Shown: positions 57,637-64,000 of the stretch, one piece after another
How the letters are laid out: every line of letters starts with the position of its first letter
Numbering within the stretch: position 1 is the stretch's first letter
Origin: Candidatus Latescibacterota bacterium
Lineage (GTDB): Bacteria > Latescibacterota > UBA2968 > UBA8231
DNA: 64,000 nt
Assembly: GCA_965242865.1 (NCBI GenBank)
Contig: CBDETK010000013.1
Coordinates: 4,128,001 to 4,192,000, forward strand
Direction: 5' to 3'
Notes under the pieces: generated by a model
Databases searched by the model: none
Told to the model about the DNA's origin: nothing
Seen by the model: the letters and a program-made list of their open reading frames with translations, nothing else
Program-made: the position numbers and the translations under genes

Positions 57637-58322
57637 GGGTTAGCCTCAAAGTTGTATTGGGGAGCGAATGCGAGGTGGCTCTTGGCATACTCAACGGAAA
57701 AGCGGGCACGGGCCGCGTCGGACTGAAGGTGGATGACGCGATACGGACCGGAGGCCCCCTTTTGCACGAGCTGGGCGATGGCTTGGGCGGCATCGCGCTC
57801 GTCGAGCCACAGCGGGTCGTAGAGCTGGCCAGCGACTTCCTCGGCGCGGACGAGGTGGCCAAGGCGGGCCACGGTGATGTGGAGCGCGTGGCTGTGGGCA
57901 AATTCGCGGGCCGTAAACTCGGCTAGGTGAGCACCTAAAACGGCCGGCGCACAGGAGGGCCGCGGCTGCCAATTCTCGTCCACGGCGAGGTCTTCTTCGT
58001 ATGGGGCGAACAGGTCGAGGGTGCTCAAGAGGATGACGTGTTCGACCCCAGCCGTGGCCGCAGCCAAGAGCAGATTGTACGTGCCGCGTGTATTGCGGTC
58101 GAGCCAAGTGGTCTGGCCGTCGCCGGGGCGCGGTGCGTAGGCGAGGTGGACGACGACGTCGATGTCTTTGACGAGCGCGTCGGTCTCGGGGCCGTGCCCT
58201 AGATCGCTCTGGATTCCGACCCCAGGCGCAGGGTCGGTCAAGCGCAGTTGGTGTGCGTCGCCGAGGCCAGCGGCTAGGGCTTGGCCGAGCGCGGTGGCGG
58301 CGTTGGTAATGAGTATGTGCAT
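57633..58322 (-). CDS. Degenerate NAD-dependent epimerase family protein
   Basis: HILITNAATALG (no GxxGxxG), VVHLA, NTRGTYNLL, catalytic YxxxK replaced by LGAHL. Confidence 0.75.
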   Translation of the reverse strand: MHILITNAATALGQALAAGLGDAHQLRLTDPAPGVGIQSDLGHGPETDALVKDIDVVVHLAYAPRPGDGQTTWLDRNTRGTYNLLLAAATAGVEHVILLSTLDLFAPYEEDLAVDENWQPRPSCAPAVLGAHLAEFTAREFAHSHALHITVARLGHLVRAEEVAGQLYDPLWLDERDAAQAIAQLVQKGASGPYRVIHLQSDAARARFSVEYAKSHLAFAPQYNFEANP

Positions 58323-58324
58323 AG

Positions 58325-59806
58325 TTAGAGGATTTGCTGGTCGGTTTGGGTGGGAACGATGTTGTGGATCTGGCTGTCCATGAGCGCGGTGGGCGACTGC
58401 ATTTCGAGCACGGCCTTTTCGTGCAATTCGTCGATGGTGCGGCAACCGGCCGTGGCCAGGGTGGCGCGCAGCATTTGAATGCGGATGGGCAACTTGTCGT
58501 GAATCGAGCCGATATGGGGCACGTAGCCGGAGATGCCCTCCTCGAAGAAGTTCTCTCGCGTCTGGGCATAGCGCCGCATGTTGTGGGCGCGCAGCGACCC
58601 TTCCATCCAGTACTCTTTGACGATGTCGCCGGCCGCCGTGCGCACGAGGTTGCCTTGGCTTTCGGTGTAGCCGGCAAAGAAGTGCCCCATCATCACGGCG
58701 TTGGCCCCCAAGGCCATGGCCACGGCGATCTCGGCCGGGCCTGAAATGCCGCCGTCGGCGATGATCGGCAAGTAGGCGTTGTGTTCCTGCTGCCACTGGT
58801 TGCGCGCCGCGCTGATTTCTATTAAGGCCGTGCCTTGGCCGCGGCCGGTGGCCTTGACTTCCTGCGTAATGCAGCCCGAGCCGATGCCCATGCCGACTTT
58901 GATGGCGTCGGCGCCAGCCTCGGCCAAAAAGCGAAATCCCTCGGCCGTGACCACATTGCCGCCGATGACTGGGGCGTCGGTGCGCTCCTTTAGGAATTGG
59001 ATCATCTGCCGCTGGTAGGAGGTGTGCCCGTCGGAGGCGTCGATGACGAGCACATCCGCTTCGTGTGCGATGAGGGCTTCGGCCCGCTCGCGGTCCTCCG
59101 GGTGAGTGGAGACGGCCGCGCCCACGATCAGGCGCTTCTTTTCGTCGATTGATTCGTTGGGATGCCGCAGGTGCTTGTCGAGGTCCTTTTTGAAAACCAC
59201 CGCTTGCAGGACGCCCTCCTTGGACAGAATGGGCAGGAAGCCGCGACCGTAGCGGATCATCAGCTCGTTGGCGGCCTTGAGGTCGCTTATTTCGCGGCCG
59301 GCCTGCACGTCGGTTTTCATGCGGGAGGCGACTCGGCAGTCGAGGTCGCGGCGCTCGTCAAAGTCCTTGTCGGTGAGGATGCCGAGGAGTTGGTCGTGGA
59401 ACTGGCCGCTGGCGGTGACCGGGAAGGTGGTATAGCCGGTGCGCTGGATGATCTCGACGACCTCGGCAATGGGTTGATCCGGGGCCAAGGTGAGAATGTC
59501 GGTCTGAAAACCAGCCTTGAAGCGCTTGACTTGGCTGATCTTGGCGCACTGCTCGTCAACGGGCTGGCTGACGGGCAGGATGCCGATGCCGCCTAGCTGG
59601 GCCAAGGCAATGGCCATGTCGCCGCCGGTCACGGCCTGCATGGCGGCGCTGAGAAAGGGCACGTGCAAATAGAGAAAGTCGCCCCCCTTGCGGCAGAGCC
59701 GGGTTTTGAGCGACGCGGTGGTCGCGTTGCCGTCTGTTGGCGTGTACCCAGGCAGGATGCGAAATTCTTTGAGGCTGTGCGAAGGGGTGCTCAGGACTTG
59801 GGCCAT
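58325..59806 (-). CDS. guaB: IMP dehydrogenase with CBS pair
   Basis: [48 protein letters not shown]. Confidence 0.9.
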   Translation of the reverse strand: MAQVLSTPSHSLKEFRILPGYTPTDGNATTASLKTRLCRKGGDFLYLHVPFLSAAMQAVTGGDMAIALAQLGGIGILPVSQPVDEQCAKISQVKRFKAGFQTDILTLAPDQPIAEVVEIIQRTGYTTFPVTASGQFHDQLLGILTDKDFDERRDLDCRVASRMKTDVQAGREISDLKAANELMIRYGRGFLPILSKEGVLQAVVFKKDLDKHLRHPNESIDEKKRLIVGAAVSTHPEDRERAEALIAHEADVLVIDASDGHTSYQRQMIQFLKERTDAPVIGGNVVTAEGFRFLAEAGADAIKVGMGIGSGCITQEVKATGRGQGTALIEISAARNQWQQEHNAYLPIIADGGISGPAEIAVAMALGANAVMMGHFFAGYTESQGNLVRTAAGDIVKEYWMEGSLRAHNMRRYAQTRENFFEEGISGYVPHIGSIHDKLPIRIQMLRATLATAGCRTIDELHEKAVLEMQSPTALMDSQIHNIVPTQTDQQIL

Positions 59807-59928
59807 AAAAGTCCTCTCAGCGTTGTCGGGAGAAGAGGGAAGGATAAATTATAAAAATTGCATTGATTTTGTTCAATACACTTGGTTTTCTTAGACAGTA
59901 AGCAAACCCATAACTAAAGGAGCGTTGT

Positions 59929-60165
59929 ATGTTCTACGAAAAAATTTACCCCAGGCAGCATTCAACCAACGGCGCGACGAGCCTCTTGGCCGGTTTTGTG
60001 GCCGGCGTCGTAGTCGGCGCGGCCGTGGGCGTTTTGCTGGCCCCGCACAAGGGCGAGGACACCCGGCGTCTGATCCGGCGCCAAGCCGAAGAGACGCGCG
60101 ATCTGGTTATAAAGGCCGTGGAGAGAGACGGCAAGGCCCCGCAGGAAGAAGAGGCCCAAGCCTAA
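59929..60165 (+). CDS. YtxH domain protein
   Basis: GFVAGVVVGAAVGVLLAPHKGEDTR. RBS AAGGAG. Confidence 0.85.
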   Translation: MFYEKIYPRQHSTNGATSLLAGFVAGVVVGAAVGVLLAPHKGEDTRRLIRRQAEETRDLVIKAVERDGKAPQEEEAQA

Positions 60166-61943
60166 GACCGGCCGTAGTTGAGGCGGTGGAGCCGCGCATA
60201 GATCCCGCCTTGGCGCAACAGCTCTTCGTGGCGGCCCCGCTCGCGCACCTCGCCGTGGTGCATCGCCAAGATCTGGTCGGCACTGCGGATGGTAGAGAGG
60301 CGGTGGGCGATGACGATGGAGGTGCGCTCGCGCATCAGCTTGGCGATGGCATCTTGGATGAGCTGTTCGGTTTCGGTGTCGATGCTAGAGGTGGCCTCGT
60401 CGAGGACGAGGATTTCCGGGTCAAAGGCGAGGGCGCGGGCAAAAGCCAATAACTGGCGCTGCCCGGCCGACAAGGTCGAGCCGCCTTCGGCCACGGCGTG
60501 GGCGTAGCCTTGGGGAAGGCGCTCGATAAAGGGCGCGGCGTTGACGTAGCGGGCCGCGCGCTCAACTTGGGCGTCGTCCATGGCGTCCTCGCCGAGGCGG
60601 ATGTTGCCGCTGATACTTCCCGAAAATAAGAACACCTCCTGCTGGACGATGCTGATGCGGCGGCGCAACTCGGTCGCTGGCCACTGGCGCACGTCGCGGC
60701 CATCGACGAGGATGGCCCCGCGCTGGATGTCGTAGAAGCGGCAGAGGAGGCTGACGATGGTGGTCTTGCCCGAGCCGGTGGCCCCAACCAGCGCGAGGCT
60801 CTGCCCGGCCTTTAGTTCAAACGAGACATCCTTGAGAATCCAGTCTTCGGCCGCGGGATCGTACTTAAAGAACACGTTGCGGAACTCAATCGCGCCGCGG
60901 CTGGCCGCCGGCCGATTGCGCGGGGAGCCACCGGCGGGTTCGGCCGGGACCGCCAACAGCTCGAAGACGCGCTCGGACGCGGCCATGGCGCTCTGCAACA
61001 GGGCATAGCGGTCGGAGATGTCCATGATCGGGCGGAAGAAGCGGCGGATGTACTGGAGAAAGGCCACGAGCACCCCCAACTCGATGCGGTCGTCAAGCAC
61101 GTCCGAGGCCCCGTACCACAGCACGAGTGCCATGCCGACGGTGCCGAGCAATTCGGTAAAGGGGAAGAAGATGGCATAGCAGTGGATTTCGCGGTCTTCG
61201 GCGCGGCGATAGGGCAGGTGCTCGACGTCGAAGTCGCGCAAATTGCGTTGCTGGCGATTGAAGAGCTGCACCACCTCGACGCCCGTGATGTTCTCCTGCA
61301 AATAGGCATTGAGCCGCGCTAGGCGCGTCCGCAGCTCGCGGTAGGCGCGCATGGCCAGCCCTTGGAGGTAAAAGGTCGAGATAGCGATGATCGGGACTAC
61401 TGTGCAGCAGATCAGGGCGAGCTCTGCGTCGATGTAGGCCATGAAGCCCACGATGGCCAGCAGGGTGAAAAAGTCCATAAAGACCGAGACGACCCCCTCG
61501 CTGAAAAACTCGTTGAGGGCGTCGATGTCGTTGGTCGTGCGGGTCATGATCCGGCCCAGCGGGGTGCGGTCGAAGTAGCGCAGCGGCAGCTTTTGCAGGT
61601 GGGCGAAGAGGTCGCGGCGCAGGTCGTACATGACGCGCTGGCCGATCATGCCGGTGACCAAGGTCTGGGCGTACTGAGCACCGTACTGCACGGCGACGCT
61701 GAAAAAAAAGGCCGCGATGATCCAGCGCAGCCCCGCCCAATCGCCGACGGCGATGGAGTCGTCCACGGCCACCTGTGTCAGATAGGGGCCGATCTGGCCG
61801 GTGCCGGCGGCGAGGGCAATGGTGCCGAAGGCGAGGACCACGCGCCGGCGGTGGGGCTTGAGATAGCCCAAAAGTTGCAGCGTCAGCCCCAGATTAAAGG
61901 CGCGTTCTTGGATTTCTTCTTCTTTATTGAGTTCGGTGCTCAC
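60162..61943 (-). CDS. ABC exporter TMD+NBD (MdlB-like half)
   Basis: GATGSGKTT, LSAGQRQ, LDEATS, IAHRLST. Confidence 0.93.
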   Translation of the reverse strand: MSTELNKEEEIQERAFNLGLTLQLLGYLKPHRRRVVLAFGTIALAAGTGQIGPYLTQVAVDDSIAVGDWAGLRWIIAAFFFSVAVQYGAQYAQTLVTGMIGQRVMYDLRRDLFAHLQKLPLRYFDRTPLGRIMTRTTNDIDALNEFFSEGVVSVFMDFFTLLAIVGFMAYIDAELALICCTVVPIIAISTFYLQGLAMRAYRELRTRLARLNAYLQENITGVEVVQLFNRQQRNLRDFDVEHLPYRRAEDREIHCYAIFFPFTELLGTVGMALVLWYGASDVLDDRIELGVLVAFLQYIRRFFRPIMDISDRYALLQSAMAASERVFELLAVPAEPAGGSPRNRPAASRGAIEFRNVFFKYDPAAEDWILKDVSFELKAGQSLALVGATGSGKTTIVSLLCRFYDIQRGAILVDGRDVRQWPATELRRRISIVQQEVFLFSGSISGNIRLGEDAMDDAQVERAARYVNAAPFIERLPQGYAHAVAEGGSTLSAGQRQLLAFARALAFDPEILVLDEATSSIDTETEQLIQDAIAKLMRERTSIVIAHRLSTIRSADQILAMHHGEVRERGRHEELLRQGGIYARLHRLNYGRS

Positions 61944-63676
61944 AGCGTTTCCAACTCGGCGCTAAGCTGCTGCTGCTGGTGCAAGTCGGCGTAGAAGCCA
62001 CCGTTGCGGATCAGCTCGTCGTGGGTGCCCAACTCGGCGATGCGGCCGTCGGCGAGCACGGCGATGCGGTCGGCGTGGCGCAAGGTCGAGATGCGGTGGG
62101 CAATGATGAGGGTGGTGCGGCCCTGCATGAGCGCGTGCAAGCGGTCGAGAATGGCTTCCTCGGTATGGGTGTCCACCGCGGAGAGCGCGTCGTCGAGGAT
62201 GAGGATTTGCGGCCGGCGAATGAGTGCCCGGGCCAGCGTCGTGCGCTGCTTCTGCCCCCCAGACAGGGTGACGCCGCGCTCGCCGATGAGGGTGGCAAAG
62301 CCCGCGTCGAATTGGTCGATGTCCTTTTTTAGCTGGGCCTCGGCGGCCGCGGCGTGGATTTGGGCCTCGGCGGCCGAGGTCGCGCCGTAAGCGATGTTGG
62401 CGTTGAGGGTAGTGGAAAATAGAAAGGGGTTTTGCGAGACGTAGCCGATGGCGTCGCGCAAGGTCGCCAGCGGCCATTCCTCAATCGGCACCCCGTCGAT
62501 GAATACCTGTCGCGGTCCCGCTTGGACCAAGCGCGGCACCAAGCGTGCTAAGGTCGTCTTGCCCGCGCCCACGCGGCCAATGATGCCGAGGGTCGTGCCG
62601 CGGGGAATGTCGAGATCGATCTGATGGAGGACTCGTTCCTTGCCGTAGGAGAAATTGAGCTTGCGGAAGGCGATGTGCCCGGCGATTGGGCGCGAATGGG
62701 CCGGAGGCAGGGTGCGGTCTTGAATTTCGGGCTCGACCGCGAGGACCTCGTTGATGCGCTGCATGGACACGAGGGCATGCTGGGCGCGGTCGATGATCCA
62801 GCCGGTGTACATGATCGGCCGGATGAGCTGGGTTAGGTACGCGTTGAAGGCCACAAACGTCCCCAAACTGAGTTCGCCGTTGATGACCGCCTGCCCGCCC
62901 AGCCACAAGTTCAGCCCGAGGCAGAGCGAGGCGATGACGTAAGAAAGCGGCCGGTAGTTGGCGCGGGTGAGGATGTACGCACGGTTTTTTTGCAGATACG
63001 CCCAGTTGAGCCGGTCGAACGCGGCGTTTTGCGCTGGCTCTTGGGTATAGGCCCGGACCACGCGGATGCCCGAAAGGTTTTCTTGGATAAAGGTGCTGAT
63101 CCGACCGAAATATTCTTGAATGGCCTTGTAGCGGATGTTGATGACTGCGGCGATGCGGATCATCACCGCGCTAAAAAGCGGCAGGGGGACCAGCACCAGC
63201 AGGGCCAGCTGCCAGTTGAGCAGGCACATACAGGCGAGGGTGAAGGCCAGCCCCAAGGCGGTATCGACGATGCCGCGAATGCCATAGACCCAAAAGATAT
63301 GCACGGAGTGGAGATCGTTGGTCGCCCGCGCCATGAGGTCGCCGGTGCGGCGCTGCTGGTAGTACGAGAGCGGCAGCTTGAGCAGGTGGGCAAAATACGC
63401 GGTGCGGATGTCGTATTCGATGCGGTTGGCAGCGCGGCCCAACAGCATCCGCATGGCGTACCCGCACCCCGCCACGCCCAAGGCCGCGGCGAGGATATAA
63501 AGGACGTAGGTCTCTACGGCCTCGGCGGCCGCATCCGGCGTCGAGACCGCATCGACGGCCTCGCCCACCAGCAGCGGGATGTACGCGGTTGCGGCCTGCC
63601 CCAGCCCGATGCAGAGCGCGCCGAGTAGGATGCGGCTTCGGTAGGGACGGACGTATGGGGAAAACGGACCAAACAT
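61940..63676 (-). CDS. ABC exporter TMD+NBD (MdlA-like half, degenerate site)
   Basis: [37 protein letters not shown]. Confidence 0.93.
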   Translation of the reverse strand: MFGPFSPYVRPYRSRILLGALCIGLGQAATAYIPLLVGEAVDAVSTPDAAAEAVETYVLYILAAALGVAGCGYAMRMLLGRAANRIEYDIRTAYFAHLLKLPLSYYQQRRTGDLMARATNDLHSVHIFWVYGIRGIVDTALGLAFTLACMCLLNWQLALLVLVPLPLFSAVMIRIAAVINIRYKAIQEYFGRISTFIQENLSGIRVVRAYTQEPAQNAAFDRLNWAYLQKNRAYILTRANYRPLSYVIASLCLGLNLWLGGQAVINGELSLGTFVAFNAYLTQLIRPIMYTGWIIDRAQHALVSMQRINEVLAVEPEIQDRTLPPAHSRPIAGHIAFRKLNFSYGKERVLHQIDLDIPRGTTLGIIGRVGAGKTTLARLVPRLVQAGPRQVFIDGVPIEEWPLATLRDAIGYVSQNPFLFSTTLNANIAYGATSAAEAQIHAAAAEAQLKKDIDQFDAGFATLIGERGVTLSGGQKQRTTLARALIRRPQILILDDALSAVDTHTEEAILDRLHALMQGRTTLIIAHRISTLRHADRIAVLADGRIAELGTHDELIRNGGFYADLHQQQQLSAELETL

Positions 63677-64000
63677 CAATGGGAACGGGCGCGGCCCAGC
63701 TCGGGAAAGGTGCGGGCGAGGAGCGGGCGCATAGCCGCCAACGCTTGGGCGCGGTGACTGAGCCGGTTTTTTGTGGCGAGGTCGAGCTGGGCCATGGTTT
63801 GAGCGTAGGCGGGGACAAAAAAGACCGGATCGTAGCCAAAGCCGTTACTCCCGGCTGGGGCCGGGGCGATCAGCCCGTCACACGTGCCTTCGGCTTGGCA
63901 TTGGCGGCCGTCGGGGCTTGCGGCACAGAGGACGCAGCGGAAGCGGGCGCGGCGTTGCGCGGGCGCGGGATATGGTTTGAGGTGGGCCAGCAAGTGCTGG
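63676..64000 (-). CDS. rdgB: RdgB/HAM1 non-canonical purine NTP pyrophosphatase, 5'-partial
   Basis: ARFRC, GSNGFGYDPVF, KNRLSHRAQA. Confidence 0.92.
   Translation of the reverse strand, partial: QHLLAHLKPYPAPAQRRARFRCVLCAASPDGRQCQAEGTCDGLIAPAPAGSNGFGYDPVFFVPAYAQTMAQLDLATKNRLSHRAQALAAMRPLLARTFPELGRARSH

Overview
GC-rich bacterial chromosomal segment, about 50 genes. The repeated C-terminal 'NYPNPFNP...KKMLLLK' FlgD-Ig/T9SS-type domains and the many Gfo/Idh/MocA, sulfatase and phytanoyl-CoA dioxygenase genes suggest an FCB-related lineage such as Latescibacterota/Gemmatimonadota, possibly host-associated (inference only). Main blocks: (1) 1-8961, three tandem paralogous secreted proteins built from Calx-beta-like and putative-Ig modules with a shared C-terminal sorting-like domain, converging on a GldA/GldF/double-GldG/DUF4340 ABC operon (9170-15186). 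(2) 15256-16678 and 21199-26742, patches of accessory and decayed defence genes: a HEPN-like+TM protein with a small partner, frameshifted hicB, vapB with truncated vapC, duplicated Uma2 nucleases, and an RloA ATPase with internally deleted rloB. (3) 35344-43204, a defence island: an E2-only (short type II) CBASS operon (CD-NTase, E2-like protein, patatin) transcribed divergently from an XRE-HTH/M78-peptidase fusion plus PIN gene across a palindrome-covered promoter, followed by a type IIG restriction-modification enzyme. (4) Housekeeping and metabolic genes including katG, a UGA-recoded selenoprotein selD missed by the ORF track, guaB, a heterodimeric ABC exporter and partial rdgB. Three families of intergenic palindromic repeats and one 118-bp MITE-like element are present. 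I found no rRNA, tRNA or CRISPR array. All calls come from motif recognition by eye; no searches were run.
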